A stretch of DNA of 64,000 bases from an uncultured candidate division Zixibacteria bacterium (GCA_963713865.1 OY970208.1:1248001-1312000); one strand, 5' to 3'. Positions 9,843 through 20,863 are shown, counted from the first letter of the stretch. Numbers and translations are program-made. Notes: generated by a model from the letters alone, not told the origin.

Positions 9843-10679
9843 TTATTGTTTTAATGCTCCAGCTGTTAATCCGGAGATAATCTGGCGCTGGAAGAATAAG
9901 AATAAAATTATCACCGGAAGGGCGCAAAGGGAAGAGGCGGCCATCAGGTGTGGCCAATCGATAGTTTGATACCCCTGATATAAAGCAAGTGCTACAGGCA
10001 GGGTGCGCATCTTCTCAGATGAGGTCAAGATGAAAGGGAATAAAAAGGAATTCCAGTTAACCAGGAAAACCTGAACTGCTAAAACCGCAAGGGCTGGCTT
10101 GCACAATGGAAGAACGATTTTAAACAGTATTTTAAAATCGCCCGCCCCATCTATCCTGGCAGCATCTTCTAATTCCTTAGGTAAGTTTTGAATATATTGT
10201 CTCATTAAAAATATCCCCAGGGGATTAACCAGCCAGGGGATGATCAAAGCAAAATATGTATCATACCAGCTCAATTTTTTTATAAGGATGAATAACGGGA
10301 CGATGATTATATGAGCCGGGATCATCAAAACTAAAATCACAGACAGGAACAAAAAATTTTTCAGCACAAATTCCCTGCGGGCAAAAGCATACCCGACCAT
10401 CAAACAGAAAATAATATTGCCGAGGGTAACAAGAATTGCGACGACCAAACTGTTGAGGAAAAATCTCAAAAAGGGTGCAGAGGACCAGACATCCTGATAG
10501 TTTTTCAGAGTCAGCTTTTCAGGCAGAAGGTCTCTGAAATTCAAGACATAACCGGTTTCTTTAGTCAAAGAGGTTTTGACCATCCAGTACATCGGGAAAA
10601 GCATCCCGGCTAAGATGAATAAAAGGATTAGAAATAAAAACCATCTTAATATTTTTTGTTTTGTTCTCATTTCGGACAC
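9843..10679 (-). CDS. Carbohydrate ABC transporter permease (MalG-like)
   Basis: EAA loop LPKELEDAARIDGAG; FLNSL, VNWNSFLFP and RTLPVAL. Confidence 0.93.
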   Translation of the reverse strand: MSEMRTKQKILRWFLFLILLFILAGMLFPMYWMVKTSLTKETGYVLNFRDLLPEKLTLKNYQDVWSSAPFLRFFLNSLVVAILVTLGNIIFCLMVGYAFARREFVLKNFLFLSVILVLMIPAHIIIVPLFILIKKLSWYDTYFALIIPWLVNPLGIFLMRQYIQNLPKELEDAARIDGAGDFKILFKIVLPLCKPALAVLAVQVFLVNWNSFLFPFILTSSEKMRTLPVALALYQGYQTIDWPHLMAASSLCALPVIILFLFFQRQIISGLTAGALKQ

Positions 10680-10682
10680 CGA

Positions 10683-10778
10683 GTCATTGCGAGCCCGCCA
10701 AAGGCAAGGCGAAGCAATCCGTTAATTTATGTAGATTGCTTTGTCGTCCCGCCAAAGGCGGAACTCCTCGCAATGACA
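10683..10778. repeat. About 90 bp palindromic element TGTCATTGCGAG...GAAGCAATC...GATTGCTTC...CTCGCAATGACA
   Basis: Related copies at about 7225, 10683, 24552, 29040, 41827, 55234 and 58965; partial copies at about 13230 and 40905. Confidence 0.8.
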
Positions 10779-10791
10779 TATAAATAAAATA

Positions 10792-11664
10792 TTAATCCTC
10801 AATCCCTCTCCCCAGCCCAAAAGCTTTCATCTGTATTAAAGAGAAAATCATTATGATAATAAACAGACAATAGGCTATGGCTGAAGCATAGCCAAAGTTG
10901 AATTTATATAAACCCTGGTCGTATACTAAATAAACCAGGGTCAGAGTTGAGTTCAAAGGTCCTCCTTTGGTCATCACGAAGACCTCTATGAAGATCTGAA
11001 ACGATTTAATGGTATTGATCAGGATAACAAACAGGAGCATCGGTTTTAGATGGGGCAGGGTTACGAATCTGAATTTCTGAAAAGGATTTGCTCCAAAGGT
11101 ATCGGAGATCTCATACAGCTCTAATGGAACAGCCTGCAGTGCGGCTAAAAAGAGGAGCATATAATATCCAATGGAGACCCAGACATCCATAAGCATAATA
11201 GAAAGCAAGGCAGTTTTCTCGGAGAAAAGGAATCCTTTTTCCGGTGCAGGCAGGTTCAAAAGATTCAAAAGGAAATTGAAATACCCCTCTTTTGCATACA
11301 GATGTGTAAAAACCAGAGCTATCACCACCAGGGAGGTTATGGAAGGAACAAAATATCCTGCGCGAAAAAATCCCCTCAAAGGTATTTTCTGGTTGACTAA
11401 AAGAGCCAGGAGCAAAGCGAGGATAGTGGTGAAAGGGATAGTCCCGAAAACGAAAAAGGAGGTGTTTTTTAAGGCGGTCCAGAAATCAGGATCATAAAGA
11501 AGCTTAAGATAATTGCTAAGCCCGAGCCATTCTGCTTTGCCGCTCAGAATCGAGTATTTCGTGAAACTCAGGATGAATGAATAGACCAGAGGGAAAAGCC
11601 AGAACAACAAGAGAATTATTATCCAGGGAAGGAGGAAAATAAAGGTGGTTTTAGGTTTAGGCAT
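10792..11664 (-). CDS. Carbohydrate ABC transporter permease (MalF/UgpA-like)
   Basis: GLSNY, ALKNT, LQAVPLELYE...GAN, MTKGGP and GYASAIA. Confidence 0.93.
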   Translation of the reverse strand: MPKPKTTFIFLLPWIIILLLFWLFPLVYSFILSFTKYSILSGKAEWLGLSNYLKLLYDPDFWTALKNTSFFVFGTIPFTTILALLLALLVNQKIPLRGFFRAGYFVPSITSLVVIALVFTHLYAKEGYFNFLLNLLNLPAPEKGFLFSEKTALLSIMLMDVWVSIGYYMLLFLAALQAVPLELYEISDTFGANPFQKFRFVTLPHLKPMLLFVILINTIKSFQIFIEVFVMTKGGPLNSTLTLVYLVYDQGLYKFNFGYASAIAYCLFIIIMIFSLIQMKAFGLGRGIED

Positions 11665-11774
11665 AGATAATTGTTTTTGTAGGGACAGATCAGCGATCTG
11701 TCCGTATAATTGAGAATAGGACAGAACAATGTTCTGTCCCTACATTTTGCAACCCCGCTTCTGGCGGGATGGCA

Positions 11775-13001
11775 TTACTTTAGAATCTTATCTATCTCCA
11801 CTTTTGCCTCATCTAATGCCTGAGAGGGTGTTTTTTTATCATACATCACCTGTTCAACTACCCTTTCGATTATCTCCTCGATATAAACCCATTGGGGAAC
11901 AGCAGGTGAGGTTTGGGAATATCTTAACTGTTCCTGAAAGACTAAAAGATTTTTGTTATTCTGATAATAGGGATCAAGTTCAGACCCTTTAGCTGAAGGG
12001 ATGGCTGAGCCGATGGCTTTACAAAGCTTTAAGGAATTTCCTTTTTTGATCAGATACTGGATGAATTTCTTAGCGGAGTCAGGATTTTTGCTTTTTTTGC
12101 TAATTACTAAGAACTCACCCCCGGCAAAGGAGGAGAAATTTCCTTTTTCTGGTTTAGGGATAAGGCAGACTCCAAATTTTAAATCCGGGAGATTTTTTTG
12201 GATATCGTTTAAAAGCCAGCCACCTGAGATAACAAAGCCGATTTTCCCCTGTTTGAAATTTTCATCTAACATCCTTTGATTGTCAACAGTCCCCTGCTCA
12301 GTCAACTTTTTATAAAACGCCAAAGCTTCTTTGCCTGCAGGAGAATTTATCTCTGAACTCTGATGGTATGAAGATAAAATTTTACCACCATTTCCCCAGA
12401 AGAAGGGTAGGAACTTCTTATATAATCTGTGCCTCTCAGCGGAGTTTGCACCAAAACCGTAAGCTTCAGGTTTAAGTTGATTTATTTTCTGACAGTAGCT
12501 TAAAAGCTCCTTCCAGTTTAAAGGCGGTTTTTCAGGATCTAAGCCAGCTTTTTTCATCAGGTCTTTATTGTAAAATAAAACACGGGTATCCAGAAGCCAG
12601 GGGAAACCGTAGATTCTCCCTTTATAGAAAACAGGTTCCCACATCAGAAAATCTTGCTGAATTTTCTCTGCATCTGAAGTTACGTCCAGGAGGACATCCT
12701 GAGAGGAAAACTCCGGAACCCAGTCTGAACCTAACTCCAGAATATCCGGGGCTGTTCCAGAGGCGAATGCCACTACTATCTTTTCGTGACCTTCAGACCA
12801 GGTCAGATCAGTCAGATTTATCTTTATTTCAGGATTTTCTTTTTCAAATTGATGAATTATTTCAATCAAGGCTGGCTTGACCTGCGGGTCGGTCCAGAAC
12901 TGCCAGAAATCCAGAACGATTTTACCATTTTCCTGTTTAGAACAAGATAAAATCAAAAGAGATAATAAAGGAATCAAACAAATGAAAATTACTTTTCTCA
13001 A
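11775..13001 (-). CDS. Sugar ABC transporter substrate-binding lipoprotein
   Basis: Lipobox LILSC; FEKENPEIKI, GTAPDI and LFYNKDL. Likely TTG start after GGAGG (the ORF track starts at 13049). Confidence 0.9.
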   Translation of the reverse strand: MRKVIFICLIPLLSLLILSCSKQENGKIVLDFWQFWTDPQVKPALIEIIHQFEKENPEIKINLTDLTWSEGHEKIVVAFASGTAPDILELGSDWVPEFSSQDVLLDVTSDAEKIQQDFLMWEPVFYKGRIYGFPWLLDTRVLFYNKDLMKKAGLDPEKPPLNWKELLSYCQKINQLKPEAYGFGANSAERHRLYKKFLPFFWGNGGKILSSYHQSSEINSPAGKEALAFYKKLTEQGTVDNQRMLDENFKQGKIGFVISGGWLLNDIQKNLPDLKFGVCLIPKPEKGNFSSFAGGEFLVISKKSKNPDSAKKFIQYLIKKGNSLKLCKAIGSAIPSAKGSELDPYYQNNKNLLVFQEQLRYSQTSPAVPQWVYIEEIIERVVEQVMYDKKTPSQALDEAKVEIDKILK

Positions 13002-13282
13002 GTTTCCTCCTCTAGGAGAGTAACGCAGACTAAAGTCTGCGACTACCAAGTTTTTCTCAGGTAATAAAGGTCTGAGGATAAGTTTGTCAAGGGTTAATCT
13101 TGTGGATAGTGCTGATTACTGTTATGCTGAGCGTAGCGAAGCATCTATGAGAAGAAAAACGAGATTCTTCCCCCGCCTTTGGGCGGGATTAGAATGACAT
13201 AAATGAAATAGGGGCATCCGCCTTTGGCGAGACATCTCGCAATGACAGGTAAAGCTTGACAAATTCAGGTTTTGAATAGATA

Positions 13283-14212
13283 TTGTCGATAAATTATGGA
13301 AAAGAAAATGACTGGAATAAGAATTTGAGAAAAAAGGCAATTCTTTTTTTAACAATTTTAATACTTTCTTCATCTTTCATAGCTCGAGCGCAGGAAGAAG
13401 TTCAAAAAACTTTAGAATATCCTCCCCTGATAGGAAAGGATACAGTCTATCAGGTTGACAAAGGTGAGGGGTTGTATGAGATTGCCCGGAAGTTTGATGT
13501 CTCCTACATGTCTATAGCGCTGGCTAATCAGATTTCTGATCCTAACAGGATTTATGCAGGACAAAAACTGGTTCTTCCAACCAGGACGATTCTGCCTAAA
13601 AAGCTGGATAAGGGTATATTAATAAACATTCCGGAATACAGGATTTACTTTTTCCAGGGGGAGGATTCAATCAAGGTCTACCCGGTATGCATTGGTCTTC
13701 CGACCTGGAGAACTCCTACAGGTGAATTTTCCATCACGCATAAAATAAAAAATCCTACCTGGTATATGCCCGATGCGATAGCGGAAAAGGAAAAAGTCAA
13801 AAAGGAGATAGTTCCTCCGGGACCTCTTAATCCTTTAGGTGATTTCTGGATAGGGACTGATCTAAGGCACACTGGCATCCACAGCACTATTATTCCTATG
13901 TCTATAGGTCGAGCCTTGAGCCATGGGTGTGTCAGGCTCTATCCGGAGGATATAGAGGTGCTGTTCCCTCTAACAGAAGTGGGAATGACAGGGGAGGTAA
14001 TCTATGAGCCGGTAAAATTAACAGTCAGGGAAGATAGTCTTTTTTTAGAGGTCTATCCGGATGTATATGAGATGGTTCAAGATTATGAGAAAGAATTTAA
14101 TAAAAAGCTGAGATGGTTGAATCTATTAACGGATTTAGATAAAGATAAAATCAAGATCGTTCTGGAAGAGAAAAGGGGGATTCCAGTTTTTATCGGGAAA
14201 ATATTTAGATGA
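13283..14212 (+). CDS. LysM-containing L,D-transpeptidase (ErfK/YbiS/YkuD family)
   Basis: LysM YQVDKGEGLYEIARKF; INIPEYR, PGPLNPLG and catalytic GIHST...SHGCVRL. The true start may be TTG at about 13325. Confidence 0.92.
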   Translation: MSINYGKENDWNKNLRKKAILFLTILILSSSFIARAQEEVQKTLEYPPLIGKDTVYQVDKGEGLYEIARKFDVSYMSIALANQISDPNRIYAGQKLVLPTRTILPKKLDKGILINIPEYRIYFFQGEDSIKVYPVCIGLPTWRTPTGEFSITHKIKNPTWYMPDAIAEKEKVKKEIVPPGPLNPLGDFWIGTDLRHTGIHSTIIPMSIGRALSHGCVRLYPEDIEVLFPLTEVGMTGEVIYEPVKLTVREDSLFLEVYPDVYEMVQDYEKEFNKKLRWLNLLTDLDKDKIKIVLEEKRGIPVFIGKIFR

Positions 14213-14310
14213 AAAAAAGTGGGGGTTCAAAATTTTGAACCCCTGCCATTTCATTTTAACATACTGCAAATGATGATTGTTTTCGTCGGGCATGAAGCCC
14301 GACGCTACGA

Positions 14311-14739
14311 TTATTCCTGAGGGAACCTTTTGTCCTCTTCCAGGGCGATGGTTAGAAGGCTGCGGGTGAATTCTATCTCCTGTTTGATCCGGGAAAGCTC
14401 GCCTTTCAAGTCGATTTCTTCTTCTTTCTGCTCCTGTACTTTCAAAAGTTTGGATTCAAAACGGGAAAGCCTCTGGTCGAAATTCTCCAGGACCTCCTTG
14501 AGCTCCAGGAACTCTTTCTTCAGGTCAAACAGGTCTTCTTTTATGGCTTTGCCAGAAGAATCCAGATTTTGCAGATTGCTTTTCAGCTCGGAGAGTTTTT
14601 CAGAGACTTTTTGCAGTTCTTTTTCCAGGGAGACTCCCACCCTTTCGATGGCTTCCCCTACCTCTTCGATGTCTCGTTTTTCCAAGCTCATCTCGTTTTC
14701 TTTACTCATATATTTTTTATAATCTGGTGGAACAGACAT
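14311..14739 (-). CDS. Hypothetical coiled-coil protein
   Basis: E/K/L-rich heptads throughout; start uncertain. Confidence 0.6.
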   Translation of the reverse strand: MSVPPDYKKYMSKENEMSLEKRDIEEVGEAIERVGVSLEKELQKVSEKLSELKSNLQNLDSSGKAIKEDLFDLKKEFLELKEVLENFDQRLSRFESKLLKVQEQKEEEIDLKGELSRIKQEIEFTRSLLTIALEEDKRFPQE

Positions 14740-14946
14740 CTTGTCTGTTCTATCTTTTTTGTCAGGAATGTCTGACCTACCAATCTATTTCATTTTTCAT
14801 CATCGGGTCAAAAATCCCGACATATACATTAATTTAGCTTCTTACCTTCGTCGGGCGTGAAGCCCGACGCTACTTTGGCTTCGTTAAGGACAGAATACTA
14901 TTCTGTCCCTACAATTCCCACCTTGAGGACAGGGTAGGTTGCCTGT

Positions 14947-15882
14947 TTAATAGATCTCTAATTGTGTAGAACCCAGTTTATCCGGGAGCATATTTTGAAT
15001 TGCAGTTTTCAAGATATGCTTTGCCTCCGCAAATCTCCTTCGATTGGAGGAGGCGCCCAGGACTATTACGCAGAGTTTTTCCTCCACATTTTTTAGCATA
15101 ACTGCCAGGCACCAGCCGGATTTACCTATGAAGCCGGTCTTTCCACCCAGGATATCAAAATCTTCCCTGAGCAGACGGTTGCTGTTGCCCAGCTGATGAA
15201 ACCTTTTTCTTTTGTTCACCGAGTAAAAATTATATTGCTTAGTAGTGGTAATCTGTGAGATGAGTGGGTCAGTTAAAGCCATCTTCAGAAGTTTTGCAGT
15301 TTCCCAGGCAGTTGAGACGTTGTCCGCATTGAGTCCGGTTGGATCAGCAAACTCTGTATTTTTCAGGCCTAAGGAGTCAGCTTTCTCGTTCATTCTTTCC
15401 ACAAACTCTCCATCTCTCATTCCGGTAGCTCTCACTAAAGCTCGTGTAGCCCGGTTATCTGAGGACATTAAGCTTGAATGTAAAAGATCGATTAGATAAA
15501 AAGTCTCTCCCGGACGCAGGCGGGATTTAGCAGAGGCTCTGGCATCATCCCGGGTAATACTGATGGTATCGAAAAGGTCAACTCCTGATTCCAAGAATAC
15601 CATTGCGGTCATCAATTTGGTCAAGCTGGCGATGGAGCGAACATCTTCACTGTTCATATCGTAAAGCACGGTCTCGTTATCCAGGTCCAGAACCAGTGCT
15701 GATTTGGCAGTCAGCTTGAACTCTTTTTTCTTTTTGTAAGAGGTTTTTTTCACGGTTTTACCGAATGCGGGACTGGCAGAGGAAAAGGAAAATCCGCAAA
15801 TAAGGATGAGACTCAGAAGATATATCCCCCACTTATCCAGAATAGATTCAATCGGACTTTTCCAGTCTCTAAAATTTCGCAT
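14947..15882 (-). CDS. Peptidase S11 D-alanyl-D-alanine carboxy/endopeptidase (PBP7-like)
   Basis: SxxK (IASLTKLM), SDN, DPTGL and KTG motifs. Confidence 0.9.
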   Translation of the reverse strand: MRNFRDWKSPIESILDKWGIYLLSLILICGFSFSSASPAFGKTVKKTSYKKKKEFKLTAKSALVLDLDNETVLYDMNSEDVRSIASLTKLMTAMVFLESGVDLFDTISITRDDARASAKSRLRPGETFYLIDLLHSSLMSSDNRATRALVRATGMRDGEFVERMNEKADSLGLKNTEFADPTGLNADNVSTAWETAKLLKMALTDPLISQITTTKQYNFYSVNKRKRFHQLGNSNRLLREDFDILGGKTGFIGKSGWCLAVMLKNVEEKLCVIVLGASSNRRRFAEAKHILKTAIQNMLPDKLGSTQLEIY

Positions 15883-16016
15883 CTTTTTCTCCTTTACTCT
15901 TTCTTACCTGTTGAAACCTGACCTTTCCACAGTTAGGGCAAATCCATTTCCTCTGTTTATGAAAGGGTCTTTTCTCCTCCTGCATTTTGTTTTTACATCT
16001 GGGACAATACATTAGT

Positions 16017-17097
16017 TCATTTATTTACACCAGTTTTTACTTTTAAATATTCAAGAGCTTTTAAAAATTTTGAAGACCCAAACCTGACCGGGTCGGTGGC
16101 TGGCAGATTGGTTTCATCTTCAGTATTCTCTATCTCCCGCCGGGCTTCTTTTTCCTTTAAATTTGAAGTGTTCAAGGCAATCCCTATCATCTTAGACGGT
16201 TTCAAAGGTCTGGTTATCTCCTCGTGCAATCTAATATATTCGGATAATGAAGGCAAAGGCAAATTGTAATTATTGAAATTTTTCTTGCCAGGGAAATGAC
16301 ATAAGACCATGGCATCCGGTAAAGTTCCGTGAAGTAAGGCTAAGGATACGCCAGAGTAACCGGGATGGAGGATAGTTCCCTGCCCTTCGACTAACAGCAG
16401 ATCATAGTCTTTGGATTTCTTCATTAAAAAATCCTCCATAGCACCTGCCATAAAATCGCCTTTGATTGCATCTATGGGAACCCCTTCTCCGACAATTATC
16501 ATTCCGGTCTGGCCGGTTGCCACAAAGCAGGGGTTCCACCCGAATTGGTTTGCCTCTCTGGTCATTTCCATGGCAGCTATCATCTTGCCTGACCGGCAGT
16601 CCGTGCCCACAGTCAAAACCACCCTGGACTTAATCTTCTCCGGTATAAAATCTGCGACTTTATTGTAACCTTTTGCCTCTCTTAAATCCCAGATTCTGGC
16701 ATTCCTGAAATTTGCCAGGGTAGCCAGTTCCGGGTCCTCATTTAAAATATCGTGCAATCCGTTGAGAATATTTAGCCCATTTTCAAGGGCAGAGACGATT
16801 TCTTTTCTCCACTCTGAAGGGAGCTTGCCACCGCGGGGAGCAATACCGATTAAAAGGGTGTTCTGGTTTGTAAGGCAGAGAGCTTAAAACATCCTTAACC
16901 ACGGGGATTTTCCCACCCAAACCCAGAATCTCCTGAGCAGTTTTACCCGCACGGGTGGAATCGATAACTGCTGCTACATTTTCCGGCTTGTACCTTATCA
17001 AGCCATAAGCCGTCTTCGCCTCCAGCGCCGTAAAACACCCCTCCGCTAAAATCACTATCCTTCTTCTCCCCCCACTCCCTCCCTCTACTAAAAACAT
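16017..17097 (-). CDS. DUF1611 domain protein (DgcN-like), apparent +1 frameshift at about 16860
   Basis: AKTAYGLIRY, corrected KPDTLLIGIAPRGGKLP, VGTDCRSGKM, FVATGQTG, VEGQG and LLHGTLPD. Confidence 0.85.
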
Positions 17098-17162
17098 TTT
17101 ACCTCCGTGTAATTAGGGCAACCTCTTGAGCATATAAAGTGCTAAGCCATAATTTGCAAATT

Positions 17163-18083
17163 TTATTTTTTCACCAGCTTAATTAATTCTTCCTTTGACC
17201 AGATTTTATCGTATTTTTCTTTCCTGATTTCTTTGCTTGAAATGTCAATTTTTATTCTTTTTAGAAATTCTTTGAAATCTGGATTAATTGTTAACTTGTT
17301 TATTGCATCCCAATCCAAATATTCTTTAAACTTTGCGGAAAATAGTATTTCTGTAGAATCTGAATCATCCATGTTAATTTTAATAACTCCTATACCAAAA
17401 GACACTGAAAGCCTCTTCAACTCATTAAGAAAATCCTCATCATTGGAAATTTCAGAGGCTACAAGGTAACCTTCATTTGCCCATGAAGAATTTGAGACCG
17501 TTTGGAAAAAAGATTCACGAAGATTGGAAAAATTCAACTCTCTTTTAATTTCAAAGGAGAATAACTTGATTGAAATATTACTAATGGCAGAGCTAAATTC
17601 AACTACTTCAGGCTCCCACTCATCAATCGGGAAGTAACATCCTACCATATCAGGATGAATCCATTCACCATATTCTTTTTTCCCAGATTTAGAATGTCGA
17701 ATGGTTTTTAGGTATGCTTTTAAATAATAATATCCGTAATATGCTAAAAAGGGGTGTAAATTTTCCTCAAGGTATTCAAATTTCTTTGATGGTAAAACAG
17801 GAACTTGTTTTGTATCATAAATATTCTCTTTTTCTTTAAGCAGAGAACGAAGATAGAATCTTCTTGGTCTTGAACCAATTTTAATGAAAGGAGAATCTTT
17901 TCTGTCACGAATGTTAACATAGATTTGAGCTCCTATTGTCATCCAGGGAGTTTTCCCTCGGACACCAGATATTTTATCATAACCTTTGCTCTTAGCAATT
18001 TCCCAAATCTCTCCAGAAGATAAAGGTCTTTTCTCCTCTTCAAGAATTTTTTTCGATAACTCAATTCCAGTTAATTGCCCCAT
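17163..18083 (-). CDS. HrgA/COG2958-like protein: HARE-HTH plus PD-(D/E)xK nuclease-like domain
   Basis: GKTPWMTIGAQIY (HARE-HTH); EENLHPFL, WIHPDMVG, SFEIK and FFQTVSNSSWANEGYLVA. Confidence 0.8.
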   Translation of the reverse strand: MGQLTGIELSKKILEEEKRPLSSGEIWEIAKSKGYDKISGVRGKTPWMTIGAQIYVNIRDRKDSPFIKIGSRPRRFYLRSLLKEKENIYDTKQVPVLPSKKFEYLEENLHPFLAYYGYYYLKAYLKTIRHSKSGKKEYGEWIHPDMVGCYFPIDEWEPEVVEFSSAISNISIKLFSFEIKRELNFSNLRESFFQTVSNSSWANEGYLVASEISNDEDFLNELKRLSVSFGIGVIKINMDDSDSTEILFSAKFKEYLDWDAINKLTINPDFKEFLKRIKIDISSKEIRKEKYDKIWSKEELIKLVKK

Positions 18084-18185
18084 ATTTCTTTGACCTCCTC
18101 AACCAATTTTCTATTGACCACAAATAAAAGCCATAAATAGCTTCTCTCAATTTAATCTTCTCCGTTCCATCCTGCAACAATTTTT

Positions 18186-18782
18186 TTATTTTATCATCCC
18201 TAAAAAATCACCTAACAGAAATTGGGCTCTACCGATCAGGAGGGTGACTCGGGACATTACGGTATAGCCGAAGGTGGTTCCGAAGAAGACCATCATAAAG
18301 AAAATCCCGATTTTGGCTGAGGTGCCCAGAACACCTTTATGCTCTCTGGAAAAGAAAAAATAGCTCAGGGTAGTAATTACCGCTAAGGTAATGATGATGT
18401 TATTAACGGAAGTATAAGAACCCATTGAAGCTTTCATCTGGGTGTAAATCTGTGCCTGCATTACTGCCGGGATAGAGACACCTGCTCCTGCGCCGATTAT
18501 TAAAGCCATTGAAATTCGGGAAAGCCAGGAAAGCTTGGGGAAAAAGCGGAGGAACATAAAGATGCCTAATATTCCAGGAACGAGATAGAGAAGGTCGCCT
18601 TGTCTGAAAATCGGGTAGTAGAGCTTAGGCAGAACAATAGTTTTGATTGAGATAACGATGAGATACCCAACAGAGATACCGACTAAAAGATACTCTGCGA
18701 ATTTATAAAAGGGATTATCTTTATAAAGAAAAGAGAAGATGAACAAAGTCAAGATTGCTGCGATTAAGGTACCTAAGTCCAC
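18186..18782 (-). CDS. Conserved hypothetical membrane protein (DUF6754 cluster)
   Basis: SFLYKDNPFYKFAE, LSYFFFSREHKG and FGYTVMSR; multi-TM. Confidence 0.8.
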   Translation of the reverse strand: MDLGTLIAAILTLFIFSFLYKDNPFYKFAEYLLVGISVGYLIVISIKTIVLPKLYYPIFRQGDLLYLVPGILGIFMFLRFFPKLSWLSRISMALIIGAGAGVSIPAVMQAQIYTQMKASMGSYTSVNNIIITLAVITTLSYFFFSREHKGVLGTSAKIGIFFMMVFFGTTFGYTVMSRVTLLIGRAQFLLGDFLGMIK

Positions 18783-18989
18783 AGATTTCCTCCATTACTG
18801 TAAAAGCTCAGTGCTTTTCAGTATTTGCAATCCTGCCAAGGGTTGAGCTGACCTGGCAAGTAAGCTTTATCACATTTTCTACCAGGACAGAACACTGTTC
18901 TGTCCCTACAGTTTTGCCGTCGGGTCAGGGGACCCGACGGGCACATGGAAAGCCTCGCATTACGATTGAACTTTTGAACCATTGAACTT

Positions 18990-19796
18990 TTAAACCTTCT
19001 TTTTTCTTTCCATCCAGTATCCTATATTCCCTAAGATCACCAAAATTATAATCAGCAGATGGGCTATGGATTGGGCATCCATACCTCTTGAACCCATACC
19101 GGGCTTGCCCAGTAGAATCTCGTATTCGGCAGCGCCTTTTAGTCCATTGACCAGTCCTTCGATCTGGCCTGAATTCAAAAAAGGGTAAAAGCTGGTTGCC
19201 ATAACCGCAGTCGTTAAAACCACTAATTTTTTTTCATATCTTGCCACAGCGAAATTTATCCAGGAAAAAGGTATGTCTCCGTCTGTGACTGAAATTATGA
19301 GGGCTATCTTTTTATAATTTTTTATCTCTTTAGTCAGTTCCAAATCAAAAGTTGAATTACCAGTATAATCCTCTGGAAAGACCTGATGAAAATCTTCTCC
19401 CAAGCCTAAGATGGTTGCAGTAACCTGTGGCCTGAATCCCAGGAAAACATAGTCTTTCCCATAGGTTTTATTATATTTTAAAGCGTTCTCCTTTAAGACC
19501 TTTTCTCCTAAAGCGGTTCCTTCAGCTAAGAGGGAAAGGCCTATAACTTTCAGATTTTTTGAAAAGGAGTGTTGTAGAATTGCATTGGCTAAAGGCTGGA
19601 CCTCTGGAAAGGATGAGGCTTCAAAATCAAAGGAGATTAAAACCACTGAGCTGTTTGGTAAACTACTTATTTTCTCAAAAACATTTTTGACTTCCGGGGT
19701 AACCTTGTTCGGCAGGCTCAGTTTAAAAATCAGAGGAAAGATTACGGCTATTGCCATCAGGATGAATATGGTTTTGCGGTTAAGATTTAGTTTCAT
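18990..19796 (-). CDS. Conserved hypothetical membrane-anchored protein (DUF6754 cluster)
   Basis: YGKDYVFLGF, SGQIEGLVNGLKGAAEYE and MDAQSIAH; N- and C-terminal TM segments. Start set at MKLNL. Confidence 0.8.
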   Translation of the reverse strand: MKLNLNRKTIFILMAIAVIFPLIFKLSLPNKVTPEVKNVFEKISSLPNSSVVLISFDFEASSFPEVQPLANAILQHSFSKNLKVIGLSLLAEGTALGEKVLKENALKYNKTYGKDYVFLGFRPQVTATILGLGEDFHQVFPEDYTGNSTFDLELTKEIKNYKKIALIISVTDGDIPFSWINFAVARYEKKLVVLTTAVMATSFYPFLNSGQIEGLVNGLKGAAEYEILLGKPGMGSRGMDAQSIAHLLIIILVILGNIGYWMERKKKV

Positions 19797-19807
19797 ATTC
19801 TCTTTTG

Positions 19808-19925
19808 GTGGAACAAACCTCCTGTCTGTTCTCATTGTCAGACCCTAGAAACGGGTCCGTAGGACAGGAATGTCTGACCTACCACTTTTTTGGACCCACC
19901 TTGGGGGTAAGGTGGGTCTACCGAT
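19808..19925. repeat. Composite repeat: GAACAGAC..GTCTGTTC + GTCAGAC..CAGGAATGTCTGAC + CCCACCTT..AAGGTGGG..TACC
   Basis: Near-duplicate at about 21914-22025. Sub-elements also at about 14729, 14918, 21810, 34919-35040, 45271, 49301 and 61517. Confidence 0.8.
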
Positions 19926-20238
19926 TTAAGTCTTCGGGATCATAAGGACAGAACACTGTTCTGTCCCTACATCTACTCCAGGCTGTCCAACTTTTCGGAC
20001 AGGGACCTCCACCTTTGGCGGGATTTCGCTTCGCTCAACAAGCCCTGTCCCTACGATTTCTATCGGTCTTGTTATCCCGCCTTTCCTACGGATCCAAAAT
20101 CGGAGAGGGCAAGGTGGCATGCCGTTTCATTCGTCGGGCATAAAACCTCACGTTACGAACTACATTTATGGCATCATCACGGATGATGTACTCCATGTTT
20201 TTGCTACAAGCTCCTTGTTACGTGTTACCTGCTTAAAT

Positions 20239-20859
20239 TTATCCTTTCCCCAAATAGGTTCTCTCGATTCCTACAATTATTCTCAAAGAGGTGGCGATCG
20301 AGCCCAGACCGACCCCAATCAAAATCCCTCTTCTGGCAGCCATACTGGGGATATTCAGCACCCAGGTCGCAAATTGAGGGATGGATGAATGGAGCATCTC
20401 TCCTAAGGGAACTCTGCCCAAGATCACTAAAATCCCGGCAATCAGAAGGATGGTTGCCTGTATGTTTCTTGCCCTGAAACCCCGATAAGCGGCTGAAGCG
20501 ACGAAAAAAGCCAGAAGCGAGAACATGGTTGACTGCATAGGAACCTGGAGGTTATCGAAAATCCATAAAAAAGGGGAGCCTTTTTGAATCCCTTTATAGA
20601 AACCGAAAAAAACCATCAGGGCAAGCCCGGATATGGCAACTAAATTATATCCCCATCCTTTTTGTTTTTTAGATATTTTATCCAGATGGAGAATTAAGAA
20701 ACCTAAAGCCCCGACCAAGAGCGCAAAAACGTAGATTATCTGCATCCAGTCTAAGACGTTTTGATAACCTTTCAAAAACAGGGGATGAGGCACAAAAAAC
20801 TGTGCCAGCATAAATATGCCAAAGCCAAAACATACCCAGAGAGGTATCTGTCTGCTCAT
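20239..20859 (-). CDS. Conserved hypothetical membrane protein (DUF6754 cluster)
   Basis: PMQSTMFSLLAFFVASAAYRGFRAR and AARRGILIGVGLG...LRIIVGIERTYLG. Confidence 0.8.
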   Translation of the reverse strand: MSRQIPLWVCFGFGIFMLAQFFVPHPLFLKGYQNVLDWMQIIYVFALLVGALGFLILHLDKISKKQKGWGYNLVAISGLALMVFFGFYKGIQKGSPFLWIFDNLQVPMQSTMFSLLAFFVASAAYRGFRARNIQATILLIAGILVILGRVPLGEMLHSSIPQFATWVLNIPSMAARRGILIGVGLGSIATSLRIIVGIERTYLGKG

Positions 20860-20863
20860 CTCC

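Noticed and set aside
19895-19925. c-di-GMP-I riboswitch suggested by GGTGGG..TACCGA ends
   Set aside because: The upstream GGCAAA/GACGCAAA elements are absent, and the motif recurs as a REP-like palindrome regardless of gene orientation.
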